Positions 25,117 through 38,856 of a stretch of 64,000 bases of DNA are shown here, piece by piece. A model generated the notes under the pieces. That model was not told where the DNA came from and did no database searches. It saw only the letters and a program-made list of their open reading frames with translations. The position numbers and the translations under genes are program-made. The stretch is from assembly GCA_039545335.1 (NCBI GenBank), contig BCIN01000004.1, positions 1,540,925-1,604,924 of the forward strand, given 5' to 3'. The DNA is from Kondoa subrosea (taxonomy: Eukaryota). Position 1 is the first letter of the stretch; each line of letters starts with the position of its first letter.

Positions 25117-28100
25117 ATGGCTTCGTCCTTTTCGCCAGCGTGGAAACTGCCTGTCAATCATTTTGGTCGACTGGCGCATGACTTGGTCAAGGAATCGACA
25201 GATTTAACTTATCTGCGCTTGCAATTGGAGAAGTCTACGCCTGTCTTTCAATCTTTTTTGCAATTACCACCTCAGGCTAAGCAGGAAGCTGACAATCTGA
25301 GTAAAGGCGAGTTGGAATATTGTCGCACTGCTGTAGCTTGGTGTTGACATCTGATGTTCCAGGCAATCTCTTGAGACTACCTGAATCAGATGGTCTACGA
25401 ATCTCTGAAGAGTTCAAGCAGGAAGCTTTGGCTTTGTCGAAACACCTTTCGCTCTCTGAATATCTCTCAGCCTGTATCTATGCACAAGCTAGTCTGACAC
25501 ATCAAGGTCATCAGCAGTCAAATGCCGAAATCACAGAAACCGCTGTCTTGCTCTATTATGAACTTCGAGCCAATATTCTGTCTTGCCTTGTTCTGATCTT
25601 GCGCCTGGTTTTGGCAACAGACATCTCATGCCATTTTCAACTACGCGGAATGCTGGATAACTATCTCACAAGCCTTATCAACAAATCTTCATCGCAATCC
25701 TGGCCAGAGAAGTTGCTGGCTGAAATTGATCGATTGGACAAAGAAGTACAAGGTCTAACCAAACAAGCGGCTCCTATTCCTGCAATAGCCCCAGCAGCAT
25801 CAAATCCATTCTCTTTTCAAGCTGCAACGGTTCCTCCCCCTGCTACAGCTTCTACTTCTGATGCGCTAGATTCGAACTTGCAAGCACAAAGAGTTCTTTT
25901 CATTCAGGCTGAACGTCGTCAACTGGGTAAAATACTCTATCTCACCTGTACTGCCGGTTATCTATCCAAACCAGCAACCAAAGCTTTGCTACAATGGATG
26001 TCCGGTCGAACAGACATAAACGATGACGCCAACTTCCATGTCTTGGTAGCAACACTCGCAGCTCTAGATCCAACTCGTCAAGGTCTTTACGCAAACTCAG
26101 AACAGCCGGAAGAATTCTTACCTGAATTTCTTCGCGATATTTTCCAAGATGCACCTTTCATCTCTTCCCTCAACGAAATCATCTCCAAAAACGGCTCAAA
26201 TTGGAAATTACCCATCTTCCGCAATGTCATATTACTTCAATGGACTCTCTTTATGGCTCATGCTTGTCAACGAGTGCAAGGATTGGAAGATGAGACGCAA
26301 ATTTTCGAGGAGAATGTGGAAAGAGATGTTTACACGTCAGTGGAGAAAGGATCATTTGATTTCCTTTTGCACGATTTGCTGGCTTTCAAGCAAACTTCTT
26401 CTTCACGCGGAGGAGGAGAAAAGAGGAAATCTACTGCTATAATCGATCCGAGTTTCAAGGAATATACAGTCAAGCAAATCGATAGTCTTATTACTGGCTT
26501 TATATCTACTATGCATTCTATATTGAAGAAGCTAAAGAATAAAGAAGAGGATGCTAGAACTGTACCGCATCATCATCAGAGATCGATGAGAAGAAGTACT
26601 GGTCCAAGTGATGGAGAGCCAGCTGTACCAAGACAGGATGTAGCTACTTTGTTTGAATTGGTTGCCACGCTGTACAAAGATCGACCGGAAGAAGGAATGA
26701 AGTTCTGGAGAGAAGATGATGATGCTACTTATCGGTTGAACGCGTTTGTGAGATGGGCATCAGACTGCAAAGGTCCTCTAGCAAGACCTTTCTTTGACAT
26801 GCTCACATCTTTGGCAACTGGAGAAGAAGCTGCAACTTGCGCTTTTGAATTCCTTGCAGCTAACAGTGCGCATGAAGAGTTCGGCCCAAATCAACAAAGT
26901 CAAGTAATGTGCAGTTGGAATATGCTCTTTGGTGCCATTCATCATTATGCGAGTCTGCTTGGTACTTCTGGCCAACAGCAAGGCGAATTCCCACCTCAAG
27001 AAGCCGCAGATCTCACTTCTTTCACCAAACTTCTGGCTCAAGTCGTTCGCTACTCCGATATAGCTCGAGCAGCTCTCTATGACAATCAACGATATAAACC
27101 TCTTCAGAACCTCTTCTCCCTTGCTACTCCTGCCATTCCACTGGAACTCAAAGCAGCTTTGTTTGAAGCTATTTCCGCTTTCGCTCGAGGTGGCTCTTCT
27201 TTAGCTACTGACATCGCTTTGAAGACTTGGGATCAACTCGAAACCTCTGGAGTTCTATCAACAGAAACTTACGCAAAGACTGGAAGATTAACAGGCGGTT
27301 TGGTAGTAGAACTGAACGAAGTCGAAGCACCTGCTGAAATCTATCCTTCCACAACCTCTTTCGTCCGTCTTCTGGCATCACTCATACATGTTTCAAATTC
27401 AGCAGATCAACTTGAAGCTACGAAATTACCTTCCACTATCCCTGAGCACTTGGGTACACCTCATCGTAGGCCAGGTCTGGAACCGTACATATGCTTTGTA
27501 ATTGAAGAGGTGCTGGCGAAAGTATCCAGTCGAAGTTTCAAGACTCAAGGCGATAAGTGGGAATTGATCGATGGATGTATCGCTTTCCTGGTCAATTGTC
27601 TGGCAAGTCTAGACCTGGATTCTTTTCTTATGGGCAACCAACCTGGACTGGCTCAACTTCTGCTCTTGCAACCTGGATTTGATGTACTCATTCGCCTGCT
27701 AAGTGGTTCCGGACTTCTCGAAATCGTGCTGGATATAGCTGGTACCAAATTGGAGGAAGTCGATTCGCCTAAAGCTAGTCCATACCTACAATCTGCTGTT
27801 CACAAGTGTCTCAAGATGCTTTCGCTCGCTTTCGATCTCGAGCCAAAATTCCTGGAACTCGTTCTGCCTTTGCTATGGGAGCAAGGTGTATATTACTTAC
27901 CAGCAGACAAGTATGCTATGGTTAGGGCTTCTGAACCACTCGATACTCTGCTCCTCACGCATCATCAAGTCGTTCCTCAGATAGCTGCCTTGGTGAATTG
28001 TACCACATCTTCGGCGATCGCTCTCACTTCCGTCCAGCTCATCACTTCTATCTCTCTTTCCCGCCAATTCTCAGTCAGCGACCCTTACGGTCGATCGCAA

Positions 28101-31100
28101 TTCGTCCGTATGAACCGCTTGGTTGGATTTCTCGGTCAATCTGCAGAAAGTCTGAGGATTCTCGATGGTTTCGCGAGGCAATTGGAATCAGGTTCGCAAG
28201 ACTCAGACCAGAAGAACGCTGCACAGCTACAGATGGCTATTCTCGACCTTCTGCTCAAGAGTACTGAAGCTGGAAGACCAGCGCCCAATATCGCTCACTA
28301 CTTGCTCGGGTTTGATCATCGCACAACAGCAGGATCTATCAAGCTTACCGATGCCCCAACCTTTAGGCATTGCTTCCAATCTGTCATCAACTTGGCCCTG
28401 CAGCGACTTCACAGCGGAGGAGACGATAGTATCGATCCAGCAGTGGCAGAGAAAGCACTTCAGCTTCTTTACCAGCTATACAAGAATGAAGCGACAGGTG
28501 AAGCTACTTCTCGATTCCTCCGAAGTCAGGAAGATTTTGTGCTCTCAACCCTTGCGACTCTCCCACTGCCAATTGTACCATCGACAGAATATGACGGCCA
28601 ATACATTCTGAACGAGAATAGTTACAGTACTACAGCTGCATCCCTAGCCGCTAATTTGCACTCGGAAGCATGGCTCCTCAGAATAGTTGCATTAGAACTG
28701 AACGATATTGCTTCGAGGAACAAAGAGGACGACAGGCTGACGCGATTGGCTTACATTCTGCTCAGCGCCCAAGATCCGCACGAAATGTCAAACGGTTATG
28801 GACAGACTGCGGATGGGCAATCGTCGCCAAAGTTGTTGGAAATCCTTTTCTCCCTCGCCTTCTCCTGGCAAGACGAAGAAGCTTCTTCCGATCTTCAAGT
28901 CTCGCTGTACAGCGATCTCCCCTATGCGCAAAGTCTGACCATCGACAAGACAGGCTGCGAGATCTTCAGCCTCTCCATTGTGGTGTCTTTGTTGCGTGCA
29001 CGCGAACGAGGATTACGGTCGAAGCAAGCACTGGGCACCGCTGCTCAACAAACTTCTTCTGAACAAGAGAAGGAGGCTGTCATTGCATTCATTCGCTTGC
29101 AAAACAGGAAGCGTACCATTGCACACGCTCGCGCTAACCTGGTAGAAGCTTGGAGCGATGTTTTCGATATTGTCATGATGCAAGCTTTCCAAACCGTTTC
29201 GGCGGATCAAAGGCAACTCCTTTTGTTGGACCTGCTGGATGCTGTTTTCCATCTGCTGAACGTCGGAGGCGACAAAGATGGACTTTACGATCAAGTTTTA
29301 TCATCGGCGATTACGATGACCGCATTCTTGAGAGAGGAGATCAGCTTTGAACGCAAGTCCAACGAAGCGACATCGGATGTTGATGCTGTAGCTGAGCGAC
29401 TTTCGCAAGTCTTTCGTTCAGCTTTCGGCACTATCTTCTCCCCTGGTCTATCTGCAACAGCCCGCGGCAATCTATACCTTGTAGTGATCAACTGCTTACG
29501 GTTGACTTCGGATGCATCTTCAACTCGTACTGGTCCTTCCAGCAAACGAAATATTTTGGACTCTGTGATAATTTCAACCCTGCAGAATGATTTGGGTCGT
29601 TTCCTGCCGATTGTTTCGCGAGACGCAATGCTTGGAGAAGAAGCTTGGCAAATGGTTTCTTTCACTCTGCTTGATGCTATTTTACGATTCTCACAAGGAA
29701 ACGGCTTGACAAGGAAGACAGCTGAACTGCTAGCGAAACAAGGGCACCTACAGACCTTTGTTGCCAGTGTGAAGGGTGGCGAGCGGGAAATCCTTGAAGC
29801 CTTGGCCCCAGATCCAGGTCAGCCCTCATTCAAGAGATTACCTTGGTTACTGACGTACGATACAGAGTCCTTGAATGCGCTCTACGTCTATGACGCCAAA
29901 ATTTCGTTCCTCACTCGACTGGCATCGAGTAATGAAGGCGCAGAAAAGTTGATGGACACTCAGATCATTACAAGACTCGCTCAATGTGATTTCCTCTCTG
30001 TACCACCTACCGACGAGCGATTTAACATCGGTAAGTCACAACATGCCCTGTTTGAGATGCAGCTGAGGCCTACCATCAGAAGTCGATGCTTTCCTGCCTC
30101 CGGTAACATCAAGACATCAACAACTTATGTTATCGGCACTTCAGCTACTGCTTTCCGTGCTCATACATTCGAATCAGTCGAAACAACTTGCTTTCCGCCA
30201 ATTATTCTCCTTCGTACTTGCGCAAAGAGATGCCTTCATTCATGCTTTGCAGCAAGTCACTCTGGCACCAACAACTACTTCAATGAAGGTCGTTGAAGCA
30301 ATTCTTCAGCTCATGAAGCAGTCACTTGCAGTAGTTTCCGAAGAAGAGATGGTTTGTTCGCCCAATTGTTGGCGAAATGATACTTATGCATAAGACAGAC
30401 ATCACCGGCTGCTTTTGGTGGCTTACATATGGCTGTCCTAGGCCTCGCTGCGCGAGTCTTCCAAGAGCAGTCATGGGAACAAGGCATAGTACCAATGTCA
30501 GAGAAAGAAAGGGCAGACCAAATGACAGCTGTGCTAGGTATTCCCTACCCAATGGCTTTTTGGAAAGATGCTGATACGCTGTAAAGATCCTGCTGGACAG
30601 ATAAGTGTCTTTGACAGAGATCGTCGGGACAACGTCGATGGTCTCATATTGATATTGGTCTCATATCTGCAAGGCGCTACTTTAACAAAAGGTATGTGAT
30701 ATGTAGTGCGAGTTTTGTACTTAAAAGCTGATCGTCCGGTTCCAAGGCTCAAAGTCTTTCCGTCCGTCTGTGACAGGGTCATTTGACGAGACCAGTGCGA
30801 AATCAAGTAAGTGTTGATATCTAGAGACGTGTTCAAGATGCTCAATATCTTCTCAGGTCGCCTACCATCACTTCATCAGGTCCTAGTATATTGTCGCAAG
30901 CTAGTAATTATTCTCGGTCGGCGGATTGAGGATCATGAAAAGGCGAAGAACCTCAGAGCTCAAGATGGTGAAGACGAAGACTACATGAATACTGGTCGAC
31001 AGGAGCTTACTATCACAGAGGAGCAAGCGCTGGCAAGAAAGACTCGCGAAGGCATCTTAGTCGCTCTACGTATGCCCTGACCACATGCAGCAAGCGACTG

Positions 31101-31448
31101 ACTACTGACTAGTACAACAGAGACGGTACAGGTCGCACTGCTCCTCATTCTACGGCATATTCAATACTACTTTGGGGATGATAGTCACCCAGCATCGAAT
31201 TTCACGTACGGGAGAGCTGGGAGAGCTGACCCTCAGGAAGCCAAGAGCACGGTCAATCAGACGTATAGGACGATCAATTCGCGCTTGCAGACGCTGCGTT
31301 TGGTATGCACGGCTCTCTAGTCATCGATGCGTACTAACTGTCATTTCAGACACGCGAAGCTCTAGGCTGTGATCCACGACCGCACGAGGTCCTGCTAGAA
31401 CAAATTGTCCGGCGGACGCAGGATCTGCTGGAAAGCTCTCAGCAGTAG
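25117..31448 (+). CDS. NUP192: Nuclear pore scaffold nucleoporin Nup192/Nup205
   Basis: Very long alpha-helical ORF with IPLELKAALF, EVEAPAEIYPST.SFV.LL, IPEHLG..HRRPGLEPYI.FV, PNIAHYLLGF and LYVY.AKI.FL.RLA, as in Nup192/205. Confidence 0.88.
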
Positions 31449-31518
31449 TACAGTAAACAATAAATGTATAAGAGTCCGCGACATTGCTCTATTGTGACTA
31501 GCTATCAAAGTTCTCTTC

Positions 31519-33005
31519 TCAGGTTCGCTTCAATTTATACGTCGCGACGAATTCTTCGTGGAAGGCCTCTCCCGCTCCTGAAAGAAGTCAGAAGATGGTA
31601 TGCTATTGACTAGCCCTGGACGAACCAAAACGCACTACCATAGCACGAAAGATTGTGTCCAAATCGACGTCAGAACCTCTACCCTCGAGAGCCATACTCT
31701 TGAATGTCTAGACAGATAGATGTCAGTGAAAAGATCGACTCGTGGTCAATAGAAAAGCTTACGGCAGCACATGATGGCGACGTGCTGAGGTAAAAAGCAA
31801 TACTTTCAGTGTCCCAATTGTCAGCTCCTCTGATATCATAAAGCATATCTTGAAGCTGAGCAAACACTTTTGCTGAACTACTGTCGTCAGATGGCATATT
31901 TTCATCGATAGAAACCATCGTATTTGCGGGCAGAGTAGCCAAAGACGAGCAAACATTCATCGATGCCATCTTGAAGATCTTGGGATCTTTTGCTTGTGGT
32001 TGCCTGGAAGGATTGTTTGAGTACCTGTAATTATCATGATAGAATTGTCCAGCGCCTGGCAAAAGGGCCAGTATGTGAGATCATGCAATATATTCGGCAG
32101 TACGCTCACCATATCGCTGTGCCAGAGCATCTAGAAGATCATTCAAATCAAGTCTGCCTTGATGAATAGCCTGCATCGCTTCCTCTTGGACCGGCTGAGG
32201 GATAGAGGTCAATACTTATATTGGCAGCTACAGCTTAGTTCGCAAAGCTCACTCTCAAAGCACCTGCATTCATATCCTCTACCATTGCTTCTATATCCCA
32301 CTCTTCGGCGCTTGTCATGGATTTGAGGGTGTGTATAAGTTTTTGCGTAGAAATTTGAGAGTCTTCGTCTTCCGTTGCTGCAGTACATCGACAAGATGGA
32401 ACAGAAGGAAGTGAGGAGTATGCCATTTGCTCATTCAGCACACAGAAACTGGGCAGGCGTCTACCAGTTGCAATTAAGAGGGTCGAAGAGATTTGGGCTG
32501 AATTCATCAGACTAGTGACGACTGAAGGATTGGAAAGAAGTGAATGTTGATGAAATGCCGAAATTGAATTAACAGACCAAGAAGCGTTGTCAGGATACAT
32601 GGAGGGCGATGTGAATGATAATGAACGAGAAGAAACGAGTGCAGAAGATGTTGAAGCTGAAGGCATATTGAGCTTCGCCGACGACGATGCACAGCGCTTG
32701 AGTTGTTCGTTCTCCTTCTGAAGTTGAGCAGCCGTTTCAAGGAGCTGAGCATGTTCTTCTTTCAGCTTGAGAACTTGACTCTCCAGATCCCTTTCCTTTT
32801 GTTCTCTTTTCGCTCTAGCTACTCTCTGACAGTCTCGATTCTGCTTCCTGCGCCTCTCGGCTGCGGTCATCTCTACATACAAAGTAAGAATGCGCCTATA
32901 AACGAAGTGAATGAGCAGACCTTGAACTGGCAAATCAATGTCCATTTGGGAGGCGTTTGCAGCTGAAGAAGCTTGCGTCTTGTTGAGGTTGTACTGGATG
33001 GCCAT
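31519..33005 (-). CDS. bZIP transcription factor, tandem paralogue A
   Basis: Basic region ERRRKQNRDCQRVARAKR followed by leucine heptads. Six exons splice in frame to ...FHEEFVATYKLKRT*. Start codon uncertain. Confidence 0.8.
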
Positions 33006-33636
33006 ATACCATTGAGGAATGGTAATAGGCAGGTGATAGGCAGACAAATTAACAGGCGCAGCTATGCAGAGCACGGCCTATGCGACCAAGATACGAGCCT
33101 AGAGTGAAAAGTAACGATTCGAGGCAAGACAAGACAGGGAAAAGCAAGATCAGTCAGCGACAGGCGGTGCTCGTGGTTTTGCGGAATTGCATGGAAATTT
33201 GGAATGATCAAAGCGCAAGACTAGTGTTGTCATTTGTGCCGCTCATTCCGGCAAACTGTGACTGCAATAGCTGGTCTGGTAATGAGCAAACGAGGCGAGC
33301 CTCGAGGATAGGCCTGAGTCTTTGGTAATAATGGGTGTAGAAGGTCAAGTCTTCAAGTTGTTATCACGCGACGGATCGACAGTATTCAATAGTATTCAAT
33401 TCTCACTACTTCCGATGCAGGATCTATTCGGCATAGACCACAACAAGACGTCGGGCGCATTCAAATTGAAGCAAGCTCCAAGTCACCTAAAGCCAAAAGA
33501 AGATCGTTTCCAGATCCTTCTCTTCTCACAGGATCGAGCGAGGTGTTTTTCACATAAACCTCATATTAAGTGAGATAGAAGCAGTAGAGCTTATCCGATT
33601 TTGCAAATCGGTCGAATTTTTGTATTGTCGTTCGTT

Positions 33637-35151
33637 TCACTTCAATTTGTATGTTGTAACGAATTCCTCATAAAAGGCCTGTCCCACTCCTGCATTGCGA
33701 ATTCAGTATACACTGTATAACAGTGAAAGAGAAAGACTGACCATATCTCACAGTCATGTCATAGAACAGAGTGTCCAGATCCATGGCAGAACCTTGAATT
33801 TGCAAAGAGGTCTCTTCAAATACCTGTGGCAATCATCAGCTGACATATCACTGCCTAGACTGCAATCAAACTTACCTTGAAGCACTCATGATGATTATGC
33901 AAGTATGCACAAATGCTTGTAATATCCCACTTCTCAGCTCCGTTGATTCGACTTAAGTAACTTCGAAGTCGATCCACTCTTTCTATTGAAACGATTTTGT
34001 TCTCAGTGGCAGCCTCAGGAATGGAAACAATTGAATGTGAAGCCAAGCCAGAAAGACAGCTAGCAAGTGATTCCATCTTGAAAATCTTGAGATCCTTTGT
34101 TGGCGGTGGTCTTGATAAATCGTTTGGATACTTGTAATTGTCATGATAGAATTGACCAACGCCTGGCAAAAAGCCAATGTGTCAGGTTGTGCAATGCATT
34201 GAGCAGTAGACTCACCGTAACGTCGTGACAATGTGTCCAGCAGATCAGTTAGATTATGTCTGCCTTGATAGATAGCCTGGATCGCTTCTTCTTCTACTGA
34301 CTGACTAACGGCTGTGAGTACTTCTCTCTAGATCTATAGCTTGGCTGTATGGGCTTACTTTCAAGCAAGAGGTATCCATCTCATCTACCAAGGCTTGTAT
34401 ATTCCAGTCTTCTGCCCTCCTCATGGATTTGAGGGTGTAAATTAGCTTTTCGGTATAAATTTGGGAATTTTGGTCTTCCGTTATCGCAGAGCGTCGACAA
34501 GATAAACCATGAGGAGACGAGGAGTACGCCATTTGCTGATTGAGCACAAAGGTGTCTAGAAGACGTCTATCTGTCGGATTCCAGAGCAAGGGAGAGACTT
34601 GTCCTGTGTTCCTGAGATTTGAAAAGGTTGGAGTATTACATACGAGCGATAGATCGGATATAGAAGGAAGATCGTTAGCTTCGGAAAGCGGAACACCTCT
34701 ATTAATCGATAGAGCAGGTATTACTGAGCGAGAAGGCGCACTTGAATTGGACGATGTCGAGGCTATAGGCATATCGAATTTCTCCGATGATGACGATGAG
34801 CGCTTGAGTTGTTCGTGCTCTTTTTGAAGTTGAGCAGCAACAGTAGCCAGCTGCCTGCGTTCTTCTTTCAATTCCGCTACCCGATTTTCCAAATCTCTTT
34901 CGTTCTGAACTCTTTTCGCTCGAGCTGCTCTCTGACAATCTCGATTCTGCTTCTTGCGCCTCTCAGCTGGGGTCATTTCTGCCATAAAGAATGAGAATGG
35001 GTCTGTGACCCAGGAAATAGCTTAGCACACCCTGGACAGGCAAATCGGTATCCACCAAAGCATTGATTGTAGTTAGTGAAGATTGCCTGATGAGCTGAGC
35101 AGGTAGTACAGGAAGACCATACGCGGCTGATCCTTGGTAATATGTAGACAT
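33637..35151 (-). CDS. bZIP transcription factor, tandem paralogue B
   Basis: ERRKKQNRDCQRAARAKR plus zipper, same exon structure as A and C, ends ...FYEEFVTTYKLK*. Confidence 0.82.
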
Positions 35152-35812
35152 GGGGTTGAGCGCGAAAAATCAATAACACAGGATGCAAGCTCGAGGAAAC
35201 CAGCAAGGGCGAAATGAATCAGAAAGGGCAGCAGATGTATAGTTCAAGACAAAAGCAGCACTAGTGCTCACTAGCATCTGAATTAGTAATCGACACGGCC
35301 GGTGCTTGCGTCTGAGAAAATCGAAAGAGGCTGTCAGAGCTCATGTTCCAAGTTCGCTCGCTCCTGTCATATTGCGGAAAGCACAGATATGTAGACAATG
35401 ATTGACAGATTGAGTTCCAAGCGTTTCAACACGGTCGCATAGTGAGTCAACCAAAGGCAACCTAATCTTTGGTCGGCTCTCCATCATGTGACAGGTGATA
35501 TGCATGCGGACTGGTACGAAGCTAAGGCCCATGACGGATCGACGGTATTCAATCCTTCAAGATATCTATTTCCGATGCAGGACTTATTCGTCATGCGACC
35601 ACAAGCAGACGTCAAGATGTCTGGCGAATTCGTTTCGAGCAAGCTCAGAGTCATCCAAAGCCAGAAGATGATCGTTTCCAGTTCTCCCTCTTCTCGCAAG
35701 ATCGAATGAGGGTTTTCTCACACAAATCTCGTATGAATGCTATAAGTGAGATAGAAGCAGTAGAGCTTATCCAGTTTTGCAAATCGGTCGGATGTTTGTA
35801 TTGTCGTTCGTT

Positions 35813-37334
35813 TCACTTCAATTTGTATGTCGCGACAAACTCCTCATGAAAAGCCTGTCCCACTCCTGAAAGCAAATCAGCATGTGATGTACTGCAGTAA
35901 GAGAGAAAGACTGACCGAATCTGACAGTCATATCATAAAAGATTGTGCCCAGATCCATCTCAGTCCCTTGAAATTGCAAAGAGGACTCTTCAAATGCCTG
36001 TAAAAATGATGAGCTTTGGTTCAAGGCATTTGATAGACTACAATAAGACTTACGTTGAAGCACTCATGATGAAAGCTCAAGTATGCCAAAATGCTTGTAA
36101 TATCCCATTTCTCAGCTCCGTTGATTCGACCGAAGAGAAATCCAAGTCGATCTACCCTTTCTCTCGGAATGATTTTGCTCTCGATTACAGCATCGGGAAT
36201 AGAAACAACTGTATTTGAGGCGAGGGCAGAAAGAGAACTAGCAAGTGATTCCATCTTGAAGATCTTCAGATCTTTGAAGATCTTGAGGTCTTTCGCTGAT
36301 GGTTGCCTGGAGGGATTGTTCGAGTACTTGTAATTGTCGTGATAGAAACGGCCAACGCCTGCCAACGAAGCCAGCCTTTGAGGCTATGCAAATGTATTGT
36401 ATTGTAAGCATACCATAACGCTGCGCCATTGTATCCAAAAGATCATTCAGATCAAGCCTGCCTTGGTAGATAGCCCGCATTGCTTCTTCTTCCACTGACT
36501 GATTAAAAGATGTTAGTACTTTTCTCAGATTTACAGCTTGGCTACGTATGCTTACTTTCAAGCAGGTGATATCCATCTCATCTATCATCGCTTCGATATC
36601 CCACTCTTCTGCGTTCCTCATGAATTTGAGGGTGTATATAAGCTTCTCATTGTAAATCTGAGAATCTTCATCTTCCCTTGCTGAAAAGCACCGACAAGAT
36701 GAAACCAAAGGGAGCGAAGAGTAAGCCAGTTGTTCATTAAGAACAAAGATATCAGGCAAGCGTTTGCCAGTTGCATTCCAAAGGGTCGAGGAGACTTGCT
36801 CTGGACTGATAAAGACTGAGGGATTGGATGGAAGTGAACGCTGATAAGAGGAAGTATTCGAGTTGACAGAAGAAGCAGTGTTGGAATACGGGGAAGACGA
36901 TGTGAATGATAATGAACGAGATGGAACGAGTGCCGAGGATGTTGAAGCCAAAGGCATACTGACCTTGGCCGATGATGACGATGAGCGCTTGAGTTGCTCG
37001 TTTTCCTTTTGAAGTTGTGCAGCAACAGTAGCGAGCTGCCTACGTTCCTCTCTCAATTCAGCTACTCGATTTTCCAGATCCCTTTCGTTCTGATCTCTTC
37101 TCGCTCTTGCTGCTCTCTGGCAGTCTCGATTCTGCTTCCTGCGCCTCTCAGCTGCAGTCATCCCTAGTTTAAGAGGATGAGAATGGGTTTGGGACAGAAA
37201 TAGCTCAACATACCCTCGACTGGCAAATCAAGATCCATTGAAGCAGTGTTCGCATTGGAGGAAGACTGTCTCATGACTTGCTGATTTTGCGCAGGAACAC
37301 AATAGGTGGCTGAGGCCTGGAAATAGCCAGACAT
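35813..37334 (-). CDS. bZIP transcription factor, tandem paralogue C
   Basis: ERRRKQNRDCQRAARARR plus zipper, same exon structure, ends ...FHEEFVATYKLK*. Has a 6-residue duplication KDLKIFKDLKIFK. Confidence 0.82.
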
Positions 37335-37991
37335 GAGATGAAAGTTCGAAACAACTCAAGAACACAGGATGCAGGCTCGAGGCGAGCAACAGGATGAAAT
37401 GAAAGAAGGCGAACGTACAGTTCAAAACAAATGCAGCACTAGTGGCTAGCACAGACATCAGTAATCGACGGCCGGCGCTTGCGTGGGAATTCGAAAATGA
37501 AAGAAGCTGTCAGAGCGCATGTTCCACAGTCCGCTCGCTCCTGTTCAGTTGCGAGGGGAAATATGTAGACGATGATAAGTTGGGTCTCGAGCGTTTCGTA
37601 ATCATAGCTTGAATGGAAAGCGGGGTCAACCAAAGCGATTAACGTTCAAATTTTATCTCCAAAACATGCATGCATGTGCGTGCGGACTGCTCATGAAGCG
37701 AAGGCTCGCGATTACTTTCACCGACTCATCACTTCCATCGAGCAGAACCTTCCCCAGTGAAAGTTTACATATTGACCTCGATGCAAAGCTGAAGTTAGTT
37801 GTTGACTGGATTCTGACGGCAGCCAGCTCTTATCGACTATCTAGCTTCATGCTGATCCGGGCGTTATTTCTGCTATTACCAGATGAGCTTGATCATCTCA
37901 TCGAAAGGAGCAATTTAGACATACATGAGTTGAAGCTGGCTGAGCGCTACTATCGAGAGCAAACGAATGGCAGCCGATGTGACCATCTTCT

Positions 37992-38856
37992 TCAATAGAT
38001 CTATATAGAGCAGATTACTAAAAGTTCATATGTAAAAGAAGTGTCATACCTCATCGAATGGCCTCGTGTCTGACCAGCAACTCTTCCAAACAGCATTCAC
38101 AGCTTTCTCTGCCTCTGCTTCGTTCGCACATAGCGGATGTAGAGAAACGCTCAATATCGCTCTCCGTTTCACGCAAGCCTGGCGCCGGATGATGAGCTAG
38201 ACCTTAAACGATCTATTAAGAGACCCACTTGATGCTGCTTTGCGAAACCAGAATATTGACCTCTTATTAGTTGTCGCCTTATTGAGCAATCGCCGCTCAG
38301 ATTAGCAGCTCTGACCTGAATACAGTTTAGTCAGTATTTCCACCTTCGTCAGCTTGAGCTTCATGGACCCACTTCTGAGCAAGCAACATGACGCAAGTTG
38401 CCCCAATCGACTTGAAAGCGTCGATTATCAAACTCGTGAATCATTTCATGCGTGAGTGTGTCTTGCATGTGTTTCTTGTTGAAGAGATGATTGGTACAAA
38501 TGAGGATTCCTTGTTCCGGATGAAAACCACCAGATCGATTCTCATCGCATGGAGCGCAGATGATTGGTACAGGTTGAGAATTTGGTGAAAGCAGAGCGAG
38601 ATGATTTTGCATGAAACGAACAACAGGACCTGGCATAGTTCGAAGACTTAGACGATTCTCGCCAACGTATTGCAGAGGTCTATTCACTCGTTTCCTGCAG
38701 CTCTTGCTTCCATTTCTCGCATTTCGCGCAGTCTCGAGCTAATTTCTCTTCCTCGCTCAAATTCAGTCCCAGCATCGTCGTGAACTTCGTAGACCATTTA
38801 TCTAGCAGTGGCAGAGCTGATGTTGAAGCGATAGGCTCAGCAGAGCTGGACGACAT
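37992..38856 (-). CDS. ATP23: Mitochondrial inner membrane metalloprotease Atp23
   Basis: SPVVRFM...CAPCD..RSGGFHP..GILIC.N...TLTHEMIHEFD..RF.VDW.NLRHVACSEVRAANLSGDC...CVKRRAILSV...DTRPFDEIY* (peptidase M76, HEXXH). Confidence 0.93.

Larger units (their letters stand above)
31500..37640. repeat. Tandem triplication of a ~2.1-kb unit (bZIP gene plus flanks)
   Basis: Shared coding sequence in three copies, plus shared non-coding blocks such as tgagatagaagcagtagagcttatcc at ~33571 and ~35747, and gacggatcgac.gtattcaat at ~33370 and ~35533. Confidence 0.9.
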
